Source: Tetramitus jugosus
Lineage: Eukaryota; Protista; Heterolobosea
Length of the DNA stretch: 64,000 bases
Direction: 5' to 3'
Assembly: GCA_937625935.1 (NCBI GenBank)
Contig: OW569385.1
Location: 310,001 to 374,000 of the forward strand
In this document: positions 46,520-56,766 of the stretch, one piece after another
How the letters are laid out: each line of letters starts with the position of its first letter
Position numbering within the stretch: position 1 is the stretch's first letter
Translations under genes and position numbers: made by a program
The notes under the pieces: model-generated
The model's input: the letters and a program-made list of their open reading frames with translations, nothing else
Told to the model about the DNA's origin: nothing
The model's database searches: none

Positions 46520-48133
46520 TTACTTGGTGTTGTTTGTGGTCCAAACGGACTGAATGAAATCTTTCACGAGAGTGGTTGTGGATGAGGTGATGCTGCGACG
46601 GAGGAGATTGACGGCAATCAGTGAGAGAAAGTCGAGCTCGCGCTTCTCAAAGGCACTCTTTGGTACGTCAATTTCAAATTGCATACGCATGGGTTCTGAT
46701 GGTTTGGTTGTCTTCTTGTTTTCAGTCTCTTCTTCTTCTGCCTGTTTCTTGCGTTCATTAAAAATTTCCATCTTGAATGCCATGTTGATTTCGACAGGCA
46801 TCGAGGACGAAGCTTGAGTTTCTCTGTTTGTAACATCGAGAGAAATGTAACGATCAGTGAAGGGTGAGGAGAGTACACTGGCGAGATTGGTGGGTACATT
46901 GAGCTGTCTCCTTGCTGTTTCAAATGCAGTTTCAAAAGAAACGAGCTTATCAATTGGATAACGGTCTAATTTCCATTGAACATGATAATCCGTGATAATA
47001 TCCTTGTTCTGTTCAAGCTCAGAAACGATTAAATTGGTCGAGAAAGCACTTCCATTCAACTCTGCTTTCATAATGGATCGGAACGCCATATTAAACAGCC
47101 AATCTCTCGTACTGAACGACTCCAATGATTCATATTCATTAATCTTTAGCACTGTCACATCCTCGTTCTTCTCACTCATTGAATTCAAATGAACCTTGCA
47201 TATTGAATCATATACTCTCAAATCCCCAAAATAAACGTGAAATTTGCCCTCTTCTCGATTCTTTCTCGTCTTTCTCTTCGTTTGTCTTTGCTTTCCATTA
47301 TTCGATATCGTTGCAGCATTCAAATCCTTTGGTATCCAATCAACTCTCACATTCATATTACCACCTACAATTCCCAATCGAGGCACATATATCAAAGAAC
47401 CTCGATGTTCATCTTTCACTGTATCTTTCTCTTCCTTTCCAGTGTTCGTGACATCTTGAACTGAACTAAAGTTTCGATTCCACCACTGTTTCACAGCTTG
47501 CTTGATAATTTTATCAAATGCAACGACACCAATCATTTGTGCGGCATTAAATTCCAACTTTACCACTTGTTTAAAACGATCATCCTCTTCATCCTGTTCC
47601 ACCATCGTTTTCGTAAATGAAAAATTCTCAAATTTCACACTACCACAGAAGAAGCATCCACTGACACTATCAAACGTCAAGTTCCACTGTTCGTCCTCCT
47701 CTTCGCTCGTCATTTTTTGAGCCAAAGAAACAGTAGCTTCAATCATCCACTTGAGAAACGTATCACTTGTGAAAAACATGGTTCCTCCACCGAGAACACA
47801 ACACAGTACAAGATAGCTCAGTATGGTTTGATACTTTTTGCCAACATTGTGATTTTTGGAAGAGTTGTCTTCTCCTGTAGCTCCACCTTCTTGTTGATTC
47901 TGCGATGAGGATCGCACCTTGTTTTGATCGTTTGGATGCAGAAAAACATTGTGGATCTTCTTGATGGAGGAGCTCCACCGTTGCTGCTGAATGATTCGTG
48001 CAACAGGAGGAGTTGACATCGTATACAGTGGAAAAATGGCGCCATTTTGGCGACAATGCACAAAAGAGGAACACCGTAAAGCTTTTGTTGATCTCTTCGA
48101 CAGCCATTGAGCTGTGCGTGTGGATTGAAACAT
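46520..48133 (-). CDS. Mitochondrial membrane protein, possibly AsmA/Mdm31-like
   Basis: Basic presequence, one TM helix (ILSYLVLCCVLGGGTMFF), then an amphipathic beta-strand-rich region (LTFDSVSGCFFCGSVKFENFSF). Confidence 0.5.
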   Translation of the reverse strand: MFQSTRTAQWLSKRSTKALRCSSFVHCRQNGAIFPLYTMSTPPVARIIQQQRWSSSIKKIHNVFLHPNDQNKVRSSSQNQQEGGATGEDNSSKNHNVGKKYQTILSYLVLCCVLGGGTMFFTSDTFLKWMIEATVSLAQKMTSEEEDEQWNLTFDSVSGCFFCGSVKFENFSFTKTMVEQDEEDDRFKQVVKLEFNAAQMIGVVAFDKIIKQAVKQWWNRNFSSVQDVTNTGKEEKDTVKDEHRGSLIYVPRLGIVGGNMNVRVDWIPKDLNAATISNNGKQRQTKRKTRKNREEGKFHVYFGDLRVYDSICKVHLNSMSEKNEDVTVLKINEYESLESFSTRDWLFNMAFRSIMKAELNGSAFSTNLIVSELEQNKDIITDYHVQWKLDRYPIDKLVSFETAFETARRQLNVPTNLASVLSSPFTDRYISLDVTNRETQASSSMPVEINMAFKMEIFNERKKQAEEEETENKKTTKPSEPMRMQFEIDVPKSAFEKRELDFLSLIAVNLLRRSITSSTTTLVKDFIQSVWTTNNTK

Positions 48134-48389
48134 TTGTGGTGGTTAGATTTTTTGTGATGTCGTTTCGAGAAGCGTTTAAAAATTTACAATGAACTCAACT
48201 TCCTTCTTGGGTCAAGTTGCCTGGACCGGATCATCTAAAATTTGGACTCCATAGCCAATCTTGATCCCGTAATACATTCTCCGACTTTTTTCAATAACAG
48301 CGCTAGTACGTTAAAGCTCATTCCAACGACATGTAAGAGAAAAACAAGAGGTAGGACAACAGTTGTTGTAGATAGGTTTTAAACATTGA

Positions 48390-50618
48390 ATGAAAAGTGC
48401 CAACAAGGTGCAAGATAGTACTTCTTCTTCTCTCGAGTACGCCAATACTCAAGAGGTTGACGTTTATGATGACTCGAATGAATTTACTCTCTATCGGTTT
48501 GCATCGAAACCTTCGGCGAAGTCACTAGTGCAAGATACTGTGCTCGCTGTAGCAGAAGGATCATCACATAAGTACATTTTTGACGATTCTTCGTCTGATG
48601 ATAGTGACTTTGCGCGAAAGGTCTATCAGTCTGCTGGTTGCTTCGCACCGCTTGAGAGAATTCCTCTTCCGGTCAAATTGTTATTATCGATTGCTTTAGC
48701 TCTATTAAGTGTGATTGCTTTCGGTGCTGTTATCATTGCTTCAAATGCAAAATTATTAATAAGTGCGAGGCAAACGAAAAGATATGCCATTGTAACTGAT
48801 AGGATAGGAGCCGCGGTGAATGCTTTACAACAGGAGAGAGAACATTTTGTCCTCAAGAATTGCTACAACATTCCAGTGGAGATTACGAATATTTCTGCAA
48901 TTTATGTTTCTACAGATCATGTACTACGACTTTATGGTGAATATATTGAGAAGAACTCAGATATAGTGAAACAATTCAACAAGAAGGATAAGACAGATTC
49001 TATTCATCGCGCATTACCACAGCTTAGCTCTCTACGAAATGAAACTATCAATACGAACCTCGGGGTAGTTGAGGTGGCTGCAGAATACAGTTCAATCATC
49101 TCCATGTTCTTGGACCTACTTATTTTGATATCAGAGGACGTTCCATCGTCCGATCCTGCGTACCTCATTGAGAGAAGGGTAGTATCGGAAACAGAAAACA
49201 TTAAGGAGGCTCTGTTGTTCTCGAGGGCTCTAATACTCTATGGATTGACGAAGCAGCAATTTTCGAAATCAGAAGCTTCCATTGTTGCTCAAACAATCTA
49301 CCAATTCAAGCAACTAAAGTACAAAGTGTTTCTCATCTTTCCTCCAGAAGACTTAGAACGGGCAACAGCTTTAAATCAATTACCAGATTATATGAAATTT
49401 GAAAACATGACACAAATTGCAGTGAATGAGCTGTACACGAACCAGACAGGGGATCCTAGCACTTGGTGGAACGTTACTCGAACAGTAGTTGTAAGAACAG
49501 CGAAGTTTCATGAGGAGAAAACTCGACAATTATCTGATATTACTCAAAAATTAATATCAACCTCTTCTGGTATTGTAGTTGTCGTCATTGTAATAGTAAT
49601 TTTAATTATCGTTGCATCTATTGCACTTGGAACATTCTTTAGTCGCACGATTATTGGACCATGGACTCGAATGTTGGAGCTTCAGGATGAAACCATGAAT
49701 AAGTATGTTCCGAAGGGATTCTTACGATTGATGGGAAGATCGAACTTGTATGATGTAAAACTGGGAGATATCTGCTCTCCGAATCTGGATATATTCTTTG
49801 CGGACATCAGAAGCTTCACAACATTATCAGAAACAAGTAAGTAAATTGTTACAATCTTATGTGCTCAATTGTAGCTAATCTAACTGGTTTCTTTGTTAGT
49901 GGGGCCTTCTAAGACGTTCGAATTTTTGAATGCATACTTGTCTCGAATAGGACCTGTATTCAAGAGATACTCTGGATTCATTGATTCCTACATAGGTGAT
50001 GGAATAATGGCATTGTTTGACCAACGCCCATGCTGGTCAATCTCTGCTGCAATCGAAATTCAGAGAAGAGTTGAGAGGTTCAATCAGGAGTTTGCGAACG
50101 TGTATCCAGAGTTGAAACTAGGAATTGGAATACACTCTGGAGATGTATCCTGTGGGTTAGTAGGTTCTGAAGGTCGCGTTCAGGGAACAATGATTTCTGA
50201 TGCAGTTAATACTGCATCAAGAATTGAATCACTCACGAAACGTTATGGAGCAAAGATCCTCGTGAGCTTTAAGGCTCTAGAAAATATTCCACCAAACTGT
50301 GATATCATCTATCGGTATATCGGTCGAGTTCTAGCCGTAGGAAAACATCAGGGAATTGATCTTTATCAAATTCTTGATGACTTCTCTGAGACTGATAGAA
50401 AACTCTTTGACACCAAAGCAGAATTTGAAGCAGCAATGAACTACATGTTTAGGGAACCGTATGATATTGCAGCCGCATGTAGTATGCTCAAGGTTTTAGT
50501 AGATAATACTCCCGGTGACACTACTTCGCAGCTACGATACAGCCAGTGTGTTGAGATGTTGTCTGATGAAGCCTTACTCAAAAATTGGAATGGTTTAGAG
50601 ATTATCACGAGTAAATGA
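48390..50618 (+). CDS. Receptor-type class III nucleotide cyclase with NIT-like extracellular domain
   Basis: TM, AVNALQQERE (NIT-like), TM, then FADIRSFT. Intron 49837-49899. YIGDG, GIGIHSG and SDAVNTASRIESL motifs. Confidence 0.88.
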
Positions 50619-50663
50619 GAGCATCAGTGAGGTGCATATTTACCATTTGATGAAATAGAGTAT

Positions 50664-52184
50664 TTACAAGCGAGAAAGTATGATCGGATTCTTGTTGTTG
50701 ACTGCGGCACCTGGAAGTCCCATATCGACGAGCATCTTCTCTGCCTCCAAGATGCCAGAGAAATAGGCACCATGGGCATAGCCCACTAATAGAGCACTTG
50801 TTGCTTCACCACCAAAGTAAATCTTTTTGTCTATTGTTGCTTCGTAATCCACAAAAGTTTGAGTGTTGGATCCGACTGCACTATATCCGTAAGCTCCATA
50901 GGAATAGGGATCATTGTCCCATTTAGCAATCTTAAATCGATCAGGTTGAGGTATCGTGGGATATACAACACGAAGTGCTTTCATAACCTGTTCTACGGTC
51001 AACCACTCTGGTTGTTGGTTGATCTCTCGAGAATCTGATCCTGAAGAAAATGCAATCAAAATGTTCTTACCAGTCAACTTCTTCCAGTTCAAGAAATAGT
51101 AAGTTTTCACACTCTTCCCATCTGCACTCGGTAAGACACTAAAACTTGTCACTGAGCGATCAAACCAAGGTCCTTCTTCATCAAACTCGAGAAACACCTT
51201 TGACATGCTGCCATATCCAAGTGTTTGAATGGCGTGTTGCTTCTCCTTTGGCAGCGGAGGAATAAACTGAATTCGATCTCTCTTTAGAACACCCAGTGGC
51301 ACGGTAATAAGCACCTTGTCACACACAATGTTTCTACCATTGGTCGTTGACACAATAGTTTTGTTTCCTTTGATTTCAACACGGAACACTTCATGATTGA
51401 ACAGAATAGGCAAATCGCTCGCCAACACTCGAACTATTTGACCCAGACCCTGCGGAACAACCATGTCTCCACTATCACCGACCACAGTTGAAAAGAAACC
51501 TTTGGATCCCAATTCGTTCGAATCAGCAGCATTATAAGCAGCCCACCATTGCAAATGAGTGTCCCAAGCTCTCTTGACTGCTTCATTCATTTCTAGAGAA
51601 CTACCTTCACGATTCATCTCCTGTTCAATGCACTTTTGCAACGAGTTCACAAATGGCTCATCTTCCTCCATCGTAGAGAATCGAGCTTCCAAAGACGGTT
51701 GCACTCGCTCTTCCAAAAACTTTTCAAACAATTTGCCGTGACGAATAATATCATCATGAGTCAGTTGTCCATCTGGATCGACATACTTGGGATAATCCTT
51801 GTCCGAAGCAGATACGAGCTCTATTCCATTGCTACGTGCAATCTCATACAGCGGATTGCTCTTGTGGTAGTGAATGAATTGCGCGCCCATATCGATCGGA
51901 TAATTACCAACTCCGCCAGTTACTCCGCCGGAACAAGGACCAAAAGAACCGGGAGATTGTTGAGGCCCATTGGTTGTGAATATTCTGCCACCGATACGAT
52001 CTCTTGCTTCTAGAATGGTCAACTTGATGGACAACGACGATTTTGACTTGTTGTTGTTTAGCTTGCTTTTGAAATGATCTTTTAAGCGTTTGGCAGCAGA
52101 GATGCCAGTCATTCCAGCACCCACGATCACGATATGAGGTTCATTTCTCTCCTCCTCCTCTGTTGTTGTGTTTGCATTCCTCAT
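50664..52184 (-). CDS. Flavin-containing amine oxidase (polyamine oxidase-like), peroxisomal
   Basis: GAGMTG, LEARDRIGGR, DMGAQFIH, TVPLGVLK, WDNDPYSYGAY and FGGEAT...AHGAYFSG. C-terminal PTS1 SRL. Confidence 0.93.
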   Translation of the reverse strand: MRNANTTTEEEERNEPHIVIVGAGMTGISAAKRLKDHFKSKLNNNKSKSSLSIKLTILEARDRIGGRIFTTNGPQQSPGSFGPCSGGVTGGVGNYPIDMGAQFIHYHKSNPLYEIARSNGIELVSASDKDYPKYVDPDGQLTHDDIIRHGKLFEKFLEERVQPSLEARFSTMEEDEPFVNSLQKCIEQEMNREGSSLEMNEAVKRAWDTHLQWWAAYNAADSNELGSKGFFSTVVGDSGDMVVPQGLGQIVRVLASDLPILFNHEVFRVEIKGNKTIVSTTNGRNIVCDKVLITVPLGVLKRDRIQFIPPLPKEKQHAIQTLGYGSMSKVFLEFDEEGPWFDRSVTSFSVLPSADGKSVKTYYFLNWKKLTGKNILIAFSSGSDSREINQQPEWLTVEQVMKALRVVYPTIPQPDRFKIAKWDNDPYSYGAYGYSAVGSNTQTFVDYEATIDKKIYFGGEATSALLVGYAHGAYFSGILEAEKMLVDMGLPGAAVNNKNPIILSRL

Positions 52185-52256
52185 TTTTTTTGTTGATCGA
52201 GCGGGGTCAGATTAATAAATATTTCACCGCTTATAGGCGGAAACAACAGCTAAAAC

Positions 52257-52344
52257 AGGCCCCACCGGGGATTGAACCCGGGACCCCTGGCTATCTGATC
52301 GTAAGTTATACGAGGCCAGTGCACTACCTCTGTGCTATAAGGCC
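52257..52344 (-). tRNA. tRNA-Thr(CGT) with 16-nt intron at 37/38 (52293-52308)
   Basis: GGCCTTA/TGGGGCC acceptor, GCAC-AGAGGTA-GTGC D arm, CTGGC/GCCAG anticodon stem with CT-CGT-A, CCGGG-TTCAATC-CCCGG T arm, and a TTTT terminator. Confidence 0.93.
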
Positions 52345-53539
52345 GATATTTCACATTCTCCGTTCCACTACTTTTCGCCCCTTCATCAAGAAAACAGTAA
52401 CCATGATGGTGGCTAGTAACAGAGCAACATCATGTTAGACAATTGAGAGTTGGCAAGCTTGTTCTCACACAAAAAGAAAAATAAAAGTTCCGCAACGTGG
52501 TGCTCTCGCACCATTTGTTGTATTAAAGAAATTAAGGAAACAGAATGGAACCAATTTTTGAAGTGTCCATTCGGCTTAGAAAGGAAGGAACTTTGGTTCT
52601 ATCATCAAGTCAGGAGTGGTACATTGCACACTAAGATGGTGATGAGGAATTTGTACAATGCCAGTTTAGATGAAAGTGTCTAAACTCTGATGCTGCACCG
52701 GAGAGCATTTTACATCTGTTGGTGGAGTTACCATTATAGCCAGAAGGAAACTCGTAGAAGAGATGAATGCTAAATTGGGTATGTTGACTCTAATGGATTC
52801 AGCCAAAATTGTTCTCTGGTTTAACGATACGATATATGAAAAGGGAAAGATACAACCATTGAATGACAAGTGATCGGGAGCGTCCAGATATTATTCACCT
52901 ATGACCCCCTCCCTGTTTTGAATAAATTTTGAATAAATTGCCCTTTCAGTTATTTTTTCATAGATATGACCGTTTTTTGGCGCGAAAAAGACTTACTACA
53001 ACTTGCACCAGTGTTGCCAGTAATGTTGACATTAATACCAAAACGATCATGCATGTCATTTTGAAACCGAATTGATTCGCTCTCAATCATTTCAACAACA
53101 TCCTCATCAGACAACGGAACGGGGGACGACTGGAGGGATTCGTTACCTATTATATGTTGTAAAGAAAGATGGATTTTGATCATTACCACCATCGCAAAAG
53201 AATATACCTATTGGTTTCATAGATCGAAATTTCTGTGTAGATTTGAGTCTTATCATCAGCACTAATAATGAATGAATCAGATGCCAAAGTGTCGAGAGAA
53301 ACCAGCTTCCGCAGAAACTTCATAGAAACAAACTGATAGTACTGGTCATGATTATACTCCCTGCAGCATGTGTTCGATTACATTCTGTCCCCTTGTTCAC
53401 CACTTCCTTCTTGTTCATTCCACTTAACCGGTTTATTGCTCACTTGACCCTTTGTTTGCCAATTCCACCACTGTTATTTGCTGCCCTCTGTAGCCAACAT
53501 CGCTCGTCTTCATCTATTCTTGCGCTTCTTTCTTGATCA

Positions 53540-54290
53540 AACAACGACTGGAGATGCACTCAAGTCGACCAACTTTCCACATGCAGGCTTCCTTTGTACA
53601 ATGCCGGTTCTGCGCCTTCGGTGGACCTTTTCCCTTCACATCCACATCCATCCATTTGAGATATTAACACTTTCAGCACCTTATACGACCTTGCTCCGAC
53701 GTTGCAGGAGGGAAAATATGCTTAAATTCCTTCAGACATAGAGGGTGTTCATCCACAATAAGTTGCGCGCGGCTTGTGATACCTGCCTTGTAGGGCTTCT
53801 TGAGAATTGCACTCGGTACATACCTGGCCAAGCAACAACTATCACAGGAGCTATTTGTTTTGGTGACTCGTATTTCATGTTTGTGCATTCTGCTAGCACA
53901 CCATTTGAGGTAAGAGTGTCTGACAACTTCAATCCTGTTTCTTGACTGGAATACATTCTCGTTCTGGAATGTTTGTGTTTGCTTGATTTCCTCAAGCGTG
54001 CCACGAAACAGTTGTCTGGCCTCTATGTCCCTCTTCCCAAGTATCATCGAGTACACGAACCATGAAGTACGGGTCGTGATGGTCTCCTCGATGTCTTTCA
54101 ATCCCATCAACCTTATCGTCTCCTACTGAGAGAAGATCCACTGGAAATCGCGGAATAGCAGTAGATCCATGCCTCACTAGAATCCTGCCCAGCGAATTTA
54201 CTTTGTTCAACCACTCCGATGACCAGGCCGCGAACTCTAGCCGAGCAAAATATTTGCAATATAAGTGTTTTACCAAAAAACTTAGTAACT
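53540..54290 (-). mobile_element. Degenerate Mutator-like (MULE) transposase C-terminal remnant
   Basis: Across frameshifts, in order: EAWIYCY, SWIM-like SCDSCC...VPSA, KGKGPPK, and zinc-knuckle-like CGK/GRLECISSRC. Confidence 0.4.
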
Positions 54291-54313
54291 TCGGTCATGG
54301 TATAGCTGTTGTA

Positions 54314-54383
54314 GCCACCCCAAAAATCCAGTATCGGCACCCCTAAAAATTATCGGCACCTCGGGGAAAATTTTATCGGAACT
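54314..54383. repeat. Three to four imperfect ~20-bp tandem units (GCACC..AAAAT..TATCG)
   Basis: gccaccccaaaaatccagtatc / ggcacccctaaaaattatc / ggcacctcggggaaaattttatc / ggaac. Confidence 0.65.
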
Positions 54384-55293
54384 TCATCAAAAACCAATAC
54401 AACAAACAACAAAACAACAACAATTCAACCCATCATACACTTGACAATCATGTGAAAATGATGATTTGTTGGCAACTCATTCTGTCTTCTGGTGGAGCAA
54501 AAATCGGAGAAACAGGTGTGAGTGGAGTTGACAACCTAAAGCACTGCTTTGATATGGATATCGTCCCTCGACTCTATCATCATTATCAAGGGGCTCCAGG
54601 TAATGGTGACAGACAATTGTTTGTCAAAATCATTGTTTTTTTTATCCAGAGAGTTGGTTGGACATTTTGCAAAGGTCAAAGTATGAGAAAGTGCATAGCG
54701 CCATTTACTAATCAAATTGTTTCTTGTGTTTCCCTGTAATAGGTGGAACTGTAGGTCATCGATCCACCAAAGCGGCAAAAGTTGGGTTACAAAGATTGAC
54801 GGGCGAGATATCTCATCGATTTTGGGGAAACACAGTGTGAATGAAAAGAGCAATCAAAGGTCAACTTTCCTCTAATTCTCTAATGGTATAATGCCCTGCA
54901 TGGTAGAAGAGGGTACGCCTGTTTTTCAATCAGAAGGGTAGCTGCCTAGAGTTGCTACACACTCTTTCTTCATCTTGGAAGCAGTAGGGAACGCCTAGGA
55001 GGAAGTAAGTCGGGCATGATTCGAGCTTTGCGGTAGCTACTATGTGAAGGATCATACATCCCTCCGCCAAGACATACTGTTATACGATGTGGCTATCCTG
55101 CAATCAAGCAAAACAGACTGTTCATTTTGTTCATATTTTGAAGAGCTCAAATTGATTGCGCTCATGAGATCGACGAGGGAGTTTTATTGAGAGTTCCCAT
55201 CGGCTGAACAGAATTCAAACTGATGAGAATTCTCTAATACAATGTTTTTTGGTTGTATTGATCAAGGGGTGCCTTTAATATTTAAAGGAGGTG

Positions 55294-55363
55294 TCGATAA
55301 CAGATAGGGGTAGCATTCCAGACTGTCACTCTGGCGACCCGGGTTCGATTCCCGGTGATCGAG
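55294..55363 (+). tRNA. tRNA-Asp(GTC), degenerate 5' half (probable pseudogene)
   Basis: Perfect CCAGA-CT-GTC-AC-TCTGG anticodon arm, CCGGG-TTCGATT-CCCGG T arm and TTTTT terminator. The acceptor has an A:G mismatch, there is no U8, and the D arm is shortened (70 nt total). Confidence 0.75.
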
Positions 55364-55764
55364 TCTTTTTGATGTTAGAAGCTTGTGGTTTGTGGGCCAT
55401 TGGTTCCTCCAATGTTTTGTCAATATTGATACCAGAGCTCAAAAACAGCCAAAAAACGAACAAAAAAAAGCAATTTACTTTTACTGGAGTCAAGGGATTG
55501 GCCATTGCTGGTGGAGCTGTGGCAGGTGGTGTTTTGGCGGTTGCGGGCATTTGTTGCCGCTTGCTTTGCTTGGTGGGACGATAAATGTAGTCACAATTTT
55601 TCCTTCTTTTTTTTTGTATTTTTTTCGAGCTCCTTCAAACATGAAACAACACGATCATGATGAGCTGTCAGGGTATTCCAGTTTCTGCAGAAAAAGAGAT
55701 GGCATATCACCCCTGATGGTTGAATGACGTTTGAGTGAATCTCTGATATCTGTTTCTCCTGCAG

Positions 55765-56441
55765 AAATGTTTACAAGTTGTCGAAGGATTAAAAGCAACG
55801 AGTGCCAACAATAACTGAAAACTTGGTGTATTTTGGAATCGTGTGTTATAGAAAAGATGGCACTGAGATCCAATCGTTCCATAATTTAAGGAAAGAAGAG
55901 CCCTATTGCATCAAAGAAGTGAGCAATGACAATGGTCAGACAGTCTTCAAGCTATCTGGTACACCTATCTCTTGGTACGGCAATAAATCACTCGGGTACT
56001 ACAGAGCTCTTGGTATTTATCTGGATGGAGATGTCACCCATGAGCCTGACTATGTGCACTACTTTCATGATCGAGATGCAGATATCAACAGCGGAAGTTA
56101 TCAGCTGCATGGAGACAGCGTAACGTTGAACAAACAACTTCCTGATCACATCCTTGCCTTGGTAATCCAAAACATTAGCACGGTTGTCATTATGAACCAC
56201 CGGTGGTACCTACCATTATGGTGCTGCAGCGAACAAAGCAATCCCAAAGGATAAATGGGAAACTTTGTCCACCAAGTATCAAGGAGAAGCATTCAATGAT
56301 CTCCCCGGAAAACTTCGCAAGGGCACCGATTCCATCGAAATACTCATTCTTGCCAATTATGGACAAGGAGAAGAGAAAGCCGTTCTAGAAATGAGAAATC
56401 CCAGCCTCACAGCAACATTCACCTCTGAAATTATAGCTTGA
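55765..56441 (+). pseudogene. Disrupted gene (in-frame TAA at 55790, +1 frameshift near 56199)
   Basis: The 150-aa ORF continues in the next frame as TGGTYHYGAAANKAIPKDKW...LRKGTDSIEILILANY...* ending at 56441. Confidence 0.6.
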
Positions 56442-56766
56442 AATAAGCGATACAAAAGCAGTGTATTCAACAAACACCATGAATTCGCAGGGGGGAGCGA
56501 GTGTGAAATGGAAGTGAAGAAAGTTTCTTTCATCAAACAAAATAAAATCCATGTAAAAACGTATCTAGATCCTTGTAGCAATGTTCACAGGAAGAGATAG
56601 ATCATTCAACGAGAGGCAATGCGAATCAACGTCACCCAAGTCGGCCTGGTGGTTACTCTTGCGGACCAGGGATCAGGGAGCGCAAAAACCTCCAAATCTT
56701 TTTTGGAGAGCGAATCATGGCGAGTTCAACCCAAAAAACAACCACGAAAAACAAAAGAAAACACCC

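Noticed and set aside
52440-52760. Frame with several TAA/TAG, suggesting stop-codon reassignment or RIP-like mutation
   Set aside because: Stop frequency is about random, a TGA also interrupts the frame, and intact genes in the window end in TAA, TAG and TGA under the standard code.
54314-54383. Repeat units as a mini-CRISPR array
   Set aside because: Eukaryotic context, abutting degenerate units with no unique spacers, and no cas genes.
54743-54950. Chromodomain-like reading VEL*VIDPPKR...RYLIDFGETQCE*KEQSKVNFPLIL*WY
   Set aside because: Stop density is close to random expectation and the resemblance is too weak to call.
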